DNA of 64,000 nt, from positions 186,001-250,000 of IMG/VR virus record IMGVR_UViG_3300023199_000204; one strand, 5' to 3'. This document shows positions 1 to 12,670 of this stretch, piece after piece. Both the position numbers and the translations under genes were made by a program. Position 1 is the first letter of the stretch; every line of letters starts with the position of its first letter. The notes below the pieces were generated by a model. That model made no database searches. It saw only the letters and a program-made list of their open reading frames with translations, and had not been told where the DNA came from.

Positions 1-159
1 CAAAACTTTACCAAAATATTTCTTGAGAAGATGCTGTTAAAATAATAAAAGAGCATATTCAAGAAGATTATAATTTTAATGATATTGCTCTTGGAAATCT
101 TGAAACTTTTATTGAGAGATTAATATCAAATAAATTTAATAATATATAAAGGAGTTATA

Positions 160-324
160 ATGTTTTTCTTTGGTCTTTTAATTATTATTTGTATTTTAAT
201 TGCGATGGTTTATGATGCTAATTCAAATGGAATGAAAGTATTTTGAGGAGTTTGTTCATTTTTAACAACTTGTTTGACCGTATTTCTTTGGATGGTTAAA
301 TATCATTTAATTTATTTGAAATAA
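160..324 (+). CDS. Small hydrophobic protein interrupted by an in-frame TGA at 244-246
   Basis: SD (aaggag) then ATG160. Reads MFFFGLLIIICILIAMVYDANSNGMKVF*GVCSFLTTCLTVFLWMVKYHLIYLK, with two hydrophobic segments either side of the stop. Confidence 0.5.
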
Positions 325-331
325 AATAAAT

Positions 332-413
332 GCTGGGATGGCGTAAATGGTAGCCGCGACGGACTTAAAATCCGTTGTCTTCGGGCGTGGGGGTTCGAAT
401 CCCCCTCCCAGTA
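332..413 (+). tRNA. tRNA-Leu (anticodon UAA), class II with long variable arm; CCA not encoded
   Basis: Acceptor GCTGGGA/TCCCAGT, D loop with GG, anticodon stem ACGGA-CTTAAAA-TCCGT, variable arm GTCTTCGGGC, T arm GGGGG-TTCGAAT-CCCCC, discriminator A followed by AAA. Confidence 0.92.
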
Positions 414-2456
414 AAACTTATAAAGGATTATAATGATCAAAAAAAGAAAATTTATTCCAGCTTTAATTGACATCAAAACTAACAAGATTCACGATCGATC
501 TAGAGAAGCAAAGCTTATAGCAAAATTTAATACTATTAAAGACCCGTCAAATTTTAATAAATATGAAAAATTAAGTATTGACGCTATCAAAAGTAAATGT
601 AAGATAGTAGATAAAATTCCTGATGGAGCTATTTGTTGTGGAATTAGAAAGTCTTACACTGATAGACATTATGTTCTTTTCAAATCTCCTGATGGAATAC
701 ATTATTAATTCTCTATTAAAGAGTTCAATAAATTAATTACTGGAATGCTTTTATTTAACTCGCCAGGTTTTGTTAGTCTCGCGGGCAAAATATTAATTGC
801 TGTTGATGAGAGCACTGTATTTACAAAGCCAGTAGAAGAGAACCTTAAAGAACATTATAAAGTTCTATACGATGCTATTTCTGACAAAGATGAAAACACT
901 ATTGAAGAAGTAATTAATGCCATCTTAGGAGAGAATAAGGAACGAATTAATGGAAAAGATTAGAATGTTTGTAGTTTCTTGGATTGAGGAGAGTGGAAAA
1001 TGAGGATGGAATATAAAAATAAATATGATACTGAAAGTATTTTAACTAAATACGAATTATCTTCTGCGTATGAAGTAGAGGGTGCTGCGTGGAGAGCAGA
1101 CTTTCTTTATAAAATAGAAGTCGTATAAGATATATCTTTGGTTTATAAGGAGGGGGGGGTGTAGTATTTTCTCGGCGGCTGTCATTAATAACTTACCGAA
1201 GTTTTGCCGCGAGTCAAATTTTTTTTTTCTTAGACAGATATTATAAAGGAAGGGAGTATGTATAGAGATAATGAAATAGCAAATAATGAATTATGTGAAA
1301 CATTAAAGAAAGAAAATATTAAACTAATAAATGAAAATTCTGTTCTAAAAAGAAACATAAAGAAAAATTCAAAAAGAAAGAAATTTAAATTGAGCGATAA
1401 TCTTAAACACACGATTCTTGGCATTGTTGGAATTTTGGCGGCACTTGTTTTTTTTAGGGTTCCTTGTGATTAAAGGAACTAGTTGTGAATCTAAAAAAGA
1501 AAATAGTAATATTTGGGCAAAAATGTATAGAAGTTACTAAAAACCCGGAAGTTTGTCGCAAGCAACTGGAGAAGTTGAAGTAAAATGAAAATAATTTGGT
1601 ATATGAATAATGGTTGTTATTCTGAATACTGTGATGGAGAACTAATTATTTTTAATAAAAAGGGAGAAATAATTGATAGTATTATGACATCACTTGATGA
1701 TGTCCCAAATCATTTACTCTATTATTAATCTTTACTTTAAAGAAAAATAAAAAAATGACTAGAAGAAACTACAACAATAAGTCTAAACCGATTTCTTTTT
1801 CTTATGATGCTAAGATAAAATGGCTTACTTTTCTTATTAAAAATCCTGTTTCTTACGAAGCAGGATTAAGAGCATCGTTTTCTAAATATCATCCGATGTA
1901 TAAAGATCTAGTTAATCTGCTCTCAAATATTTATAAAAGAAATCGAGTAGAAGTTCTTAAAGAACAATTGAAAGTAGTTTTGCTTGAAAAACAACTAGAA
2001 GAAAAATGAAAATATATATTTTATATAAAACAGTATTTACGGGAGAAATAAACGATCTTATTTTAACAAAGGGTGTTTTTTCTTCAGAAAAATTAGCAGA
2101 AGAGGCGATTAATTCATTAAAAAATATATTTAATAAAAATCTCGAATTTTTATATGAAAAATATTATAAGGAATTAGATCCTGATAAACAACTCAATGGA
2201 TGGTTAAAAGGAATAAAATCCCTAAAAGATAGACTTAGAGTTAGAAAAGAAAAATCAGAACAAAAAAAGATAAACTCTATGATAGCGTTTCTTGAAAATA
2301 AAATTAGTAATAAGGGTTTTACCATACCGATAAAATATAATGAATGGAAAGAAATATATAATCCTGCTGATTTTAACGAAAAAGACTTCTTTATTGAAGA
2401 AGCCGAACTAAATACAATAATTTAATTTTAATACCCACTATAAAATGTAAAATAAA

Positions 2457-3596
2457 ATGAAAAATTATCTATTCCTTATTACAATTCTTATCACAGCTGG
2501 TTGTGCCTCTGGCGAAGAATTTAAATCAGATGTAATTAATAACAATAAAACTAATAATTTTATTTCGGATACTATTGTTGATAATAGTAAAATTAAAAGT
2601 GACTTCACTTCTGATTCTTACCTTCCACCGCCGAATTTTTCTAAAGGTGTTCAAACATTGGCTGGAAGTTCAAAAAGTGGGAATGATGACGGCAATAGAA
2701 ATTACGCCAAGTTCAATGATCCTGTAAATGTACTAATTCTTAATTCGGGAGAATTGCTTGTTGCGGACTATAACAATGGTCTTATCAGATTGATTGATAA
2801 TAATGGTAATGTAAGCACAGTCTCTCCTAAAGATGAATTTATCAGACCGTTTGGAATGGCAGTTATTGATAAAGATAATATTTATGTTCAGACAGATCAA
2901 AGTTTTAAAAAAGATGGAAATTTCGATGGAGCTTTATGGAAATTGAATATCAGAACAAAAACGGCAAGAATTGTTTTTGATCATATTAAACACGCTCGTG
3001 GAATTGCTGTTCTTCCAAACAATAATCTTGTTATGACGGTATATAATCAACACTGTATCCAACTATTTAATCCTAAAACTCTTCGCCTACAAATCATCGC
3101 AGGCTGGTGTAATAAACCAGGCTATGTGGATGGTGTTAGAATGAATGTTCGGTTTAATCAACCGTATGATATTGTTTGTGAAGATTATAAATGTTTTATT
3201 GCGGACAAAGATAATAATGTTTTGAGAATTTTAAGCGTAAATAGTGGAATTATTTCTACATTTGCTGGGGATGGAGTTAAAGATACTGTTGATGCTCCAC
3301 TAAAGCTTGCTTCGTTTAATAGACCACAAGCTCTTGCTATGGATAAAAATAAAAATATTTATGTAACGGAAATTGAAGGATACTTTATTAGAAAGATTGA
3401 TAGAGCAACGGGACTTGTATATACAGTAGCAGGCAATGGCAAGATGGGCTTTAAAGACTCTCCTAATCATCTTCAAGCAATGTTTTATGGACTAGAGGGA
3501 CTGGATGTATCGCCCGATGGAAATGTTCTTTATCTTTCTGATGGAGATAGAGGAGACGATTTAATCTATCACCGAATTAGAAGGATTCAATTTTAA
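2457..3596 (+). CDS. NHL-repeat beta-propeller lipoprotein
   Basis: Lipobox-like TAGC after a hydrophobic leader. Repeated NHL signatures AKFNDPVNV, VRFNQPYDI, ASFNRPQAL, with xAGxG motifs (TVAGNGKMG). Confidence 0.8.
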   Translation: MKNYLFLITILITAGCASGEEFKSDVINNNKTNNFISDTIVDNSKIKSDFTSDSYLPPPNFSKGVQTLAGSSKSGNDDGNRNYAKFNDPVNVLILNSGELLVADYNNGLIRLIDNNGNVSTVSPKDEFIRPFGMAVIDKDNIYVQTDQSFKKDGNFDGALWKLNIRTKTARIVFDHIKHARGIAVLPNNNLVMTVYNQHCIQLFNPKTLRLQIIAGWCNKPGYVDGVRMNVRFNQPYDIVCEDYKCFIADKDNNVLRILSVNSGIISTFAGDGVKDTVDAPLKLASFNRPQALAMDKNKNIYVTEIEGYFIRKIDRATGLVYTVAGNGKMGFKDSPNHLQAMFYGLEGLDVSPDGNVLYLSDGDRGDDLIYHRIRRIQF

Positions 3597-5246
3597 GATG
3601 ATAAATATTACACTCAATGTAGATAATCATTATTTCATTATTATCAATGATAATAAAGATATTGAGATTTTTGAGCTAGACATTCCTTGCCCGTTTATGA
3701 ATGAAGAAACACATGGTGAAAATTCTATTCATAAAGTAGCGGAAGTTAATCAAAAAAGCAAGGTAGGGTTTATTATCCCTTCCTTTAATAAAATAAAAAT
3801 TAAGGCAAGTTATAATGAATTGAAATTTAATGTTAAAAAGAACTCTTTGCTTTGCGGAGATGACTTTATCAAAATTATAATGTCAGCAACAGGGACCAAA
3901 TATAATGAATAATGTATATAGAAATGAAAATTCTTCTTTAAGAGCAACAATTAGACGCCAACAAATTGAATTAGAATCATTACATAAAGAGAGATATTCC
4001 TTGAAAAAGGAATTGGAAAATAAGCCACAAGAAATTCACATTATTAATCCCAACAATCAAAAGCGATATCTTTTTGAAAAAAAAGAGAAGAGTGGATTAA
4101 TTTTTGGCATTGTAATTCTATTAACAATTGTAGAATATATAGCTTTCACTCTTGGTGGACTATATATATTTAAGATTTAAATATGTATATTTATTATATA
4201 GAAATTGACGAAGCAAAAATATATAAAGATAAAACTTTAAACAAACAAATTATGACCGTCGTGGCTAATAATTCAGAAGATGCTATTAAATGTATGGGCT
4301 TAGATGCTTATTCAAAAAAAGAAAGAAAATATATAATTGTAGAGCCTCTTGGTGAGACTTTTAACAAAGTAGATCGTGGACTTATTTGTTTTGAAGAAAG
4401 AATACAAGATTATAAAAAAGTTCCTTACAGATGTGAAAATTGTGGAACTATTATAGAAGTTACAGAATCAAACTTAACTCCGTGTCCGAAGTGCGGAGCA
4501 AGTTTTGTTAGAAGGTTTAAAGAAGATGTTAATTTATAAAATAATATCTATAATAATAGGACTTTGCTTATTAATTAGTATTCCAATATACCTTACTTTT
4601 ATTAAAGATTATAACAGAAGTTCCAATGCTTTAATGTTTGGTAAACAGGAAATTAGTACTAAGTTTATTGTTAAATTAATAATAAGTGCCGTTGTTATAG
4701 CTTCTTTGCCATTTATAATATCAATATGGATTTCTTAAATGTAAGTAAGGTTAAGGGATATTTGTATATATAAAATTTAAGAATATTTGAAGAATAAAAT
4801 GGAATGTTATGAGTTCAATAAGAAATAACAAAACGATAATTATTCACTATCCTTATGGACCTCCAAGGATTAAAACGATATATAGACAGCTCAATTCTTA
4901 TATATTAAGACCTTATAATTCTAAAGTTAAAAAATCTTTATGTCGACAAAAAGAATATGTCGCAAATTCCAATAGATTTTCAAAAGACAAGATGCAAATA
5001 ACTTGTAAAGACTGTTTGTATTTTTTATCAATTCTTCCAGAATTTGAAAAACTTAAAAAACAGTTTAAAAATATACATCTAAATATACTTAAAAAACAAA
5101 AAACATTTAGTTTAAAACCTCATTTACAATTCAAAGACTTTAATAACCTTAAAGCTTTTTTTTTTGACATTATGAGTGATTTTGGATTGTTAAAAGAGCG
5201 AGAAAAATAAATATTCGAAAAGAAATTGTCCAATATTGGAACTTAA

Positions 5247-5519
5247 ATGAAACATAAAAATGATAATAAAAGAAAAATAGTAATAAAAGAGAATTTATAT
5301 TCTTTTACAAGATGTTATTTATGTAATAAAGAATATAAAATTGGAGATACTATATATCTTATTCAAACTGGAGGTTCATTCTAAGATGTTAATAAAAAAA
5401 AATGGGGGTTTCCTAATACAAACGTATGTAAAAATTGTGATTGTAAAAATATTCAAGATAAAATAAGAACAATAGTTAAAAAAGTATATATCAAATATTG
5501 GTGGATAGTTGAAAGATGA
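5247..5519 (+). CDS. Small CxxC/CxxC zinc-binding protein interrupted by TAA at 5382-5384
   Basis: The frame continues past the stop (RCYLCNK...GGSF*DVN...VCKNC) and ends in an ATGA overlap with the radical SAM gene. Confidence 0.5.
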
Positions 5520-6385
5520 AAATTCAAACATTTAGTATCGTTGCGGGAACATTAGCTTGTAATGCTCGTTGTCCATTTTGTATTTCAAAGATGACAGTAG
5601 AAAATGGAATGACTTTAAAAGAACCAAAAGTTAATTGGAGGAACTTTCATAAAGCTTGTATGCTCGCGGAAAGAAGTGCAGTTTCAACTGTAATGATTAC
5701 AGGAAAAGGAGAGCCCACGCTTTTTCCTTTTTAAATTGATAAGTATCTTGAAGAACTTAAAAAGTATAAGTTTCCATTTATTGAAATTCAAACAAATGGT
5801 ATGAAACTAACAGAGAGAAAGTATATAGACCATCTAAGATATTGATATATTATGGGCCTTAATACTATTTGTATTTCTGTTATGGGAACTAATGAACAGA
5901 AAAACAAAAATATTTATGCTCCTCACTTAAAAGAATATCCTAATCTAATTAGTACTATTAAGCACCTACATTCTTTTGGTTATTCTATTCGTCTTACGAT
6001 TACAATGGCAAAAGATTTTGTTTGTTCGCCAAAAGATATTAAGGAGCTTGTTGAATTTGCTAAAATTTATAAAGTTGAACAACTTTCAATCACTCCTGTT
6101 CGGTATCCAGAAAGTAGTGGAAATGATGAGGCAGATAAGTGGGCGAAAAAACACGGTTTGTCTAAAGAAGAAATTAATGTCATTAAAGAATGGATAGAAA
6201 AAAATGGAACTCCTATTTTGACACTTATGCACGGTGCTGTGGTGTATGATCTAGATGGTCAAAACATTTGTTTTAAAGACTGCCTAACTCTTGAGGGAAA
6301 TACTGATAATATTCGACAACTTATTTTCTTTCCTGATGGAAGTTTGAGATATGATTGGCAATACTCTGGAGCAATTTTGTTATGA
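5516..6385 (+). CDS. Radical SAM protein with two in-frame stops (TAA 5732, TGA 5843)
   Basis: CxxxCxxC (CNARCPFC), TGKGEPTL and IQTNG motifs. Track ORFs 5516..5734 and 5852..6385 share one frame, and the gap between them is coding-like. Confidence 0.8.
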
Positions 6386-7177
6386 TTTGTAATTGTGGAA
6401 AAGAAGTAATTGAAGGAATGTGGTTATATTATACCTCTCCTTTAAAGGCCTCTAATTCTTTTTGGGGAAGGGCTTTAAAATATTATAAACCAAGCTTGGC
6501 ATTATATATTTTAGTGAAACCTCTTTTCTTTTCTCCAAGAAAGAAAAGAGGAGGAATAATTATTATAGATAAAAACAAAAATTTAAAACCTTATATTTAT
6601 TTTTCAGAGCAAGTAAATAATAATGGAATTCCTCAAGAGGCAATAGAGTGGTGAAATAACTATAATAATAATGTTTTTAATTCAAATAAGAATGATAATA
6701 AAATGAAACCATATAATTTATCTAGTCTTAATCAAGACGGCAGAACAAGTTGTGCCCATTGTGGAGCTGTTTTGGCAATTGTTCCTCCAATTTTTGTTAA
6801 AGAATTTAGATATTGTCTTAAATGCGAAGGATAAGTTATGAATATTTATAGGACAAATTCTTCTTTAAAAGATTTTTCTCTACAAACTCAACTACTAGAA
6901 AGTTTTCTTTGGAGCGAATTTATAAAAAAAGAAAAATTTAAATTTCATATAAGAGATCTTGTTTCTCTTTGTGAAGATTCAAAAACACTCTTGGAGCTAA
7001 TTAAAATTATAGTCTTACTAAAAGAAGAGGGCATTCTAGATAAAGACAATGGCTTTTTTATTTTGAAAGATAAAAGGCAAGCAATGAGATTAGCGGGCTT
7101 TTATCCAGAAGAATATAAATATCTAATTTTGGAAGATTTAGTTCATATTTAAACTTATTTGAATGGTATATTTTTAA

Positions 7178-7831
7178 ATGAAACTTAGTATAATTAGCGA
7201 TACTCACGGATTTCACGATAAAATTAAATTAAGAGACGCAGATATTTTCATTCATTGTGGTGATTTTACTGCTCCAGGAGTTGGTAAAGAAAAACACGTA
7301 AAAGTTTTTTTCTCGTGGCTGAATTCAATTGCTTCCAAATATAAAGCAATAATTTTTATATCTGGAAATCACGACTTTCCAATGGAAGGTGATCATAGAT
7401 TTAAGAGAAATGTATTGAGTTCCTTGAAACCTAATATTTATTATCTTGAAAATTCATCAGTTATTATTGATAATGTTAAGTTTTATGGAAGCCCATATAC
7501 TCCTGAGTTTAATAATTGGGCTTTTATGATGCCTGTAAATGGAAAGGGAATAAAAGAAAATTGGAAAAAAATTCCTAATGATGTAGATGTATTAATAACT
7601 CACGGACCATCAAAAAATATTTTGGATAAAAATATAAGTGGGCATCCCTGTGGATGTAAATATCTTGCACGAGAAGTAAAAAGAATACGACCGAAAATTC
7701 ATTGCCACGGACATATCCACGAGGGAAGAGGCAGCAATCCATATATCTATGCTCCTACGGTAGTTTATAATGTATCAAGTTTAGATTATTGGAGTAATAT
7801 AATCCACGATCCCATTGAGGTAGAAATATAA
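7178..7831 (+). CDS. Calcineurin-like metallophosphoesterase
   Basis: SDTHG, CGDFT, SGNHD, THGP and GHIHE motifs in canonical order. Confidence 0.9.
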   Translation: MKLSIISDTHGFHDKIKLRDADIFIHCGDFTAPGVGKEKHVKVFFSWLNSIASKYKAIIFISGNHDFPMEGDHRFKRNVLSSLKPNIYYLENSSVIIDNVKFYGSPYTPEFNNWAFMMPVNGKGIKENWKKIPNDVDVLITHGPSKNILDKNISGHPCGCKYLAREVKRIRPKIHCHGHIHEGRGSNPYIYAPTVVYNVSSLDYWSNIIHDPIEVEI

Positions 7832-8475
7832 TGACACGTTTAACACTGTTGTCAAGAATTCCTAAACGATTTAATATTGCTGTTTCTGGTGGGTCTGATA
7901 GTATGGCAGCACTTGATTTTGTTATGAGAAAAAGTGATAGAGAGTTTTGTGTATTACATTTTAATCACGGGACAGAGTTTGGAAAAAAGGGAGAAAAGCT
8001 AGTTAAACATTTTTGTAACAAAAATGGGCTTCAACTTATGCTTGGAAAAATTAAACAATCTATTCCTTCTAGTATAACTCTTAAACAAAGCCCACAAGAA
8101 AGGTGGAGGAATATAAGGTATGAATTCTTTGAGAAAAATTCATATTATCCTGAAACCATTATTTGTCATACGTTAGATGATGCGGTAGAACAATGGTTAT
8201 TCTCTTCTTTTAATGGAAATCCTAAAATAATTCCGCACAGAAGGTCATTTTATGTAAGACCTTTTCTTCTTACTAAAAGAAAAGAAATGAGAGAATGGTG
8301 TGAAAATCACGACATTCCTTTTCTTGATGACCCATCTAATAATGATGTTCATTATCCTAGAATTAGAATTAGAAAAGAAATTATTCCAGAAGTATTGAAA
8401 ATTAACCCTGGACTTTATAAAGTAATTTATAAAAAATATTTGGATATTAAATATGGACGCTCAAAATCATCTTAA
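7831..8475 (+). CDS. tilS: TilS-like tRNA(Ile)-lysidine synthetase, catalytic N-terminal domain only
   Basis: PP-loop AVSGGSDSMA, LHFNHG, RNIRYEFF, HTLDDAVEQ, RPFL, DDPSN...RIRIR. Confidence 0.8.
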   Translation: MTRLTLLSRIPKRFNIAVSGGSDSMAALDFVMRKSDREFCVLHFNHGTEFGKKGEKLVKHFCNKNGLQLMLGKIKQSIPSSITLKQSPQERWRNIRYEFFEKNSYYPETIICHTLDDAVEQWLFSSFNGNPKIIPHRRSFYVRPFLLTKRKEMREWCENHDIPFLDDPSNNDVHYPRIRIRKEIIPEVLKINPGLYKVIYKKYLDIKYGRSKSS

Positions 8476-8654
8476 AGAAATAAGTGAAAATTCTAACAAA
8501 GAGTTAGAAATATGTTTAACAGGAATATCTATCTTAATTAAGGAATTAGAGGCAAAAGGATATAAAACTAATTATAATAAATTTGAAGAAGCGATAATGA
8601 ATGCCGTTTCTAAAGCACAAGAATATTTTTAAACTTAACTGCTTAGGAAAAAAA

Positions 8655-9029
8655 ATGAATTACGAAAAATATGAAGTAAGAATTTATTCCAATGGAGACA
8701 AATTTTGGTATAAAGAAGGAAAGCTTCATCGGACCAATGGTCCAGCAGTAGAATGTAGTAATGGAGATAAATTTTGGTATCAAGAGGGAAAGCTCCATCG
8801 GGCCGATGGTCCAGCAGTAGAATATGCTAATGGAGATAAATATTGGTATAAAGAAGGAAAGCGTTATCGGACCGATGGTCCAGCAGTAGAATATGCTAAT
8901 GGAGTTAAAGAGTGGTATATAGAAGGGAAAGCATATACTGAGAAAGAGTTCAACGAACTCTTGAAGAACGATTGTAATGGAAAGACCGTCGAAATCGACG
9001 GGAAAAAATATAAGTTGGTTCTACAATAA
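8655..9029 (+). CDS. MORN-variant-like 23-aa repeat protein, paralog 1 (3 units)
   Basis: Units of type KEGKLHRTDGPAVEYANGDKYWY. N- and C-termini shared with 16003 and 25509. Start placed at ATG8655 after agga. Confidence 0.85.
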   Translation: MNYEKYEVRIYSNGDKFWYKEGKLHRTNGPAVECSNGDKFWYQEGKLHRADGPAVEYANGDKYWYKEGKRYRTDGPAVEYANGVKEWYIEGKAYTEKEFNELLKNDCNGKTVEIDGKKYKLVLQ

Positions 9030-10457
9030 TATTCTTTGGAGAAAAAATGAGCAGAAATATAACTCGTCCTTGGGGAAGCAAAAGAGCTAATCCTAAAAAG
9101 TTTGAATATCAAGAAAGAGCCTCAAATCGTTTAGTTTCACTCCTAGAAAATAATTCAAAGAGAGCTAAAAATAATATTTCTTCAAAAGAATTAGTAAAAA
9201 AACTATGGAAAAAAACCGATGATTTGTATCACGAACAATCATATTACGAAGCCAATTTGAAACTAGCGAGAATGAAAGTAAAGTCCGAACCTAATCGGAA
9301 AAATTACTGGTCTAATGAGATTCTAAAATCAAAAAATAGAATTCACGATGTAAATCTTAAAATAGGAGTTATTAAAAATAAAAGAGCAGAAGCAAGAAAT
9401 GAAATGCTTTTTACAAGAATGGAAGAAATAAAATTTCTAATCAATAGAGTTAAAAGTAATCTTTATCCTTAGGAAATTAAAATGAAATATATATTGATGG
9501 TAGTGAGTATTGTTTTGTTTTCTGGTTGTGGTGAATATCCAGAAAGATGTTTTAAGTGCTTTGCTGATCCGGGAATTTGGAAAATCACCCATAAACTAAA
9601 AGCCACATCTTGTGGTCCTGATTTTCGCGACCATCCTTTGAAAGAAGTAAATACTCTTGAAGGGATAAAATGCGGCGTGTCGTGGCTTCAATACTCAACA
9701 TTTAAAACTCACCCTTTTTCAAATTATACCACTTATTGTGGAGGTTGGATTAATTATGGTCACGAAAAAATAACAGGTGAGGGTGTGTGTGCGTTGTATG
9801 ATGATATAAATGAAAAATATAGATGTAATTATAGAACAAAAATGATTTTTGAAAGGGTAGATTAAAATGGATATTGAAATTGATGTTAGTGAATGGCAAC
9901 CAAGTGAAGCCGAATCAGTCTATAAAGTCCTTGCTTTAATTAACTTTTTTATTGATGCGGGTTATAAGGGAAAACTCCTTAAACTTGCTGAAATGGCGTC
10001 CGCTTGGAGTGAGGAATGGAGAGGAAAGATTGCCGAAAAGAGTGAGGATGAGCAAATCTTTGGTAAGCTAATGCTCAATGTTGCCAAAAATAAACTGCTT
10101 TTTATAAAATCTTTGGATGAACTTCTAACTGAAGTGAATAAGAGTATTATTCTTCTTACTAATAAAAATACGAGTAGTAAAGTTATTAATCCTTTTAGAG
10201 GTTCGGAAAAAATAACTAGAAGGATGAAATGAAATTAAAAATAAATGAATGGTTTTTTAAAAATGAAGAAATAATATTAGAAATTCCTGGTTTAAAACCA
10301 ATTAAACTTGATGAGATTTGCTTTAATTGTAATAGTGAGTGGCTTGAGGAACAAGTAGAAACAGAAAATTGTCCATTGTGTAATAAAGTTGGTTACCGAA
10401 TTACTGATGCTGGAAAGGCAATACTCGGATTAATTATTAGATATGGTGAAACCTATT

Positions 10458-10988
10458 ATGAAAATAGATCATCTGACGAAACAACAGGTGATTGATAAAT
10501 TAAAAGTAATACGAGCCCAGTTTGAAGTAGCTATATATTCTAGTGAAAACTATTTCAACACTGGCTCAATATTAAGAACAGGACACGGATATTTATGTTC
10601 TAAGTTTTGGATGATAGACTTTAATAAATTTTATAAAAAAGCAACAATGGGTTGTCATAAATATGAAAATATTTCTAAAGTTTCCCTAGAAGAGTTTATA
10701 ACATTTAATAAAAATAGAAACATTATTTCTTTTGAAAGAAGACCAGAGTTAAAAACGAAAGAAATATATGACTTCACATATCCAAATAGACCAATATTGT
10801 TTTTTGGTTCGGAAAAAACTGGCGTGCCGAATGAAATACTTGATGTTTCAAAAGAAATAATTACTATTCCTATGTATGGAGTTCATAATGACTTTAATGT
10901 TGCTGTGGCAGCCAGTGTAGTTATGTATGACTTCACATCTAAAAATAGAATAGTATCATTTAAAGATTGTTATGGAAAAACAACTTGA
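10458..10988 (+). CDS. SpoU/TrmH-family RNA methyltransferase (SPOUT)
   Basis: NTGSILRT, LFFGSEKTGV and TIPMYG...FNVAVAASVVMY motifs. Confidence 0.85.
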   Translation: MKIDHLTKQQVIDKLKVIRAQFEVAIYSSENYFNTGSILRTGHGYLCSKFWMIDFNKFYKKATMGCHKYENISKVSLEEFITFNKNRNIISFERRPELKTKEIYDFTYPNRPILFFGSEKTGVPNEILDVSKEIITIPMYGVHNDFNVAVAASVVMYDFTSKNRIVSFKDCYGKTT

Positions 10989-11664
10989 TAAAATAGCACA
11001 AAGAAAATCTAAAATTATGAATAAACTTAAGAAAGTTTGGAGAATGTTGCCAAGTGATATAAGTCTATATCATTTTTTAAAAATGATCTCAAATCATATT
11101 GAGGAATTTAGCAATAAAGATTTAGAGGCAATTTTAGATGAGAATAGAATTCTTAAAGAAATTTCTAATATAGCCTTTAAAGAAATGTGTCATTCTATCG
11201 AATGGTATGAAAATAATATTAACTATCATAGTGAAAAAATTGTTCTTATCGATGGAGAATATATTTCTTGTAATAAACACAGATTTTTTATATTCAAAAA
11301 AGATAATTATAGATGCAAATGTTGTGGTTTGAAAAGAACTTATTGTTATAAGGAGCTAACTCGTAATAATAAAAAAAATTATTATAACCTTCAACTTTAT
11401 GGAATTGATGTTGAAGAAAGAATTATGATGACAATAGATCACATAATTCCTATTTCTAAAGGAGGATTTAATAGTAAAACTAATCTTCAAACACTGTGTG
11501 AAAGATGTAATTCAAATAAAGGGGCAAGGTTAATTGACTTGTCAACACTAGCAACAGAAATATATAAAAACTATATAAAATTTGAGGGATACGATGACTC
11601 TAAGATATACAAGAATCGACCAAAACAAAGATGTAATTATGCGACGCAACAAGCAAGCGTATGA
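10972..11664 (+). CDS. HNH endonuclease
   Basis: CKCCG, then TIDHIIPISKGG...NLQTLCERCNSNK. Confidence 0.85.
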   Translation: MEKQLDKIAQRKSKIMNKLKKVWRMLPSDISLYHFLKMISNHIEEFSNKDLEAILDENRILKEISNIAFKEMCHSIEWYENNINYHSEKIVLIDGEYISCNKHRFFIFKKDNYRCKCCGLKRTYCYKELTRNNKKNYYNLQLYGIDVEERIMMTIDHIIPISKGGFNSKTNLQTLCERCNSNKGARLIDLSTLATEIYKNYIKFEGYDDSKIYKNRPKQRCNYATQQASV

Positions 11665-12315
11665 AGTGGAAGTGAGAGATAATCTTAAACTAATTAACCA
11701 GTGTGTCTTTAATAAAGAAAAGAAAGCAGATGAGTTTTTTGAGACACAACTTAAAAATCTAAACTATAAGGATGTGCTATAATGTTGAACTCACATAAGT
11801 TTGAAGATGATAAGCTAATGGCTAACCTCAATAAATGGTCAGAAAATCTAGCAGTGAGGTGGATTGAAAAAACAGACAATACTGTTCCACTTACTGTTCT
11901 TATTAGGGCATCATACAAGCTTGTAGCAATCTGTGCTAGAAAGTCAAATCTATTTACAAAAGAAGTTCTTCATAAACTTCTCGATGTCGAACTGGAAAAT
12001 ATCCCTGAAGGAAAAGGAGTTCCAAGTTGAGTCCATATAGAAAAAACGCAGATAATGCTCCAGGGCCACCCGTAAGAAAACCTTGGAGTGGTATTTCAAA
12101 AGCAATAATTAAGTCTAAAAATCAGATTAAAGATGCGATTCAAAATGATAAGTCAATTATTGACTCATTGGCATCGACTAAAGATATTGCTAGTGCTACA
12201 CCAGAGAACTGGTTGGCATTAATGGCTGGAATAATTGCTATAAGTATTGGATTTTGCTTGGTTTTGACAAATGTAATATAGTATTATAGAATTTTAAAAA
12301 TAAGGATAAATAAAA

Positions 12316-12636
12316 ATGAGTAGGAAGAAAAAAGAAGAAGCTAAAAAGAGACGACGCGAAGCAAAGTTGGTGAGAAAATCTGCTAATTATTTGCGTCACG
12401 GTCCTAAAGTTGGGCACACTGGGCGCCGACAAAAGAAGGCAAAAGATAAGCAATTCAAGCCAGGTCCTGCCAAGTGGGATAAAACACCATATCCTCATTC
12501 CTTCACAAAAGGCTCTGATAAGCGTTTTCGTCCTCCGGGGTCCGCTGGTAGGAAAAAGTATCCGAAACTCCCTCTACGACCTCTGCGTAAGCGTAGGCAT
12601 CTAAGTTCTTCTCCGACAGACCACGGACACATCTAA
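12316..12636 (+). CDS. Highly basic Lys/Arg/Pro-rich small protein
   Basis: Composition dominated by K, R and P. Locally higher GC with CGN Arg codons. Confidence 0.6.
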   Translation: MSRKKKEEAKKRRREAKLVRKSANYLRHGPKVGHTGRRQKKAKDKQFKPGPAKWDKTPYPHSFTKGSDKRFRPPGSAGRKKYPKLPLRPLRKRRHLSSSPTDHGHI

Positions 12637-12670
12637 AACAAATAATTTTTTAATCCCCCATTTATTTAGG

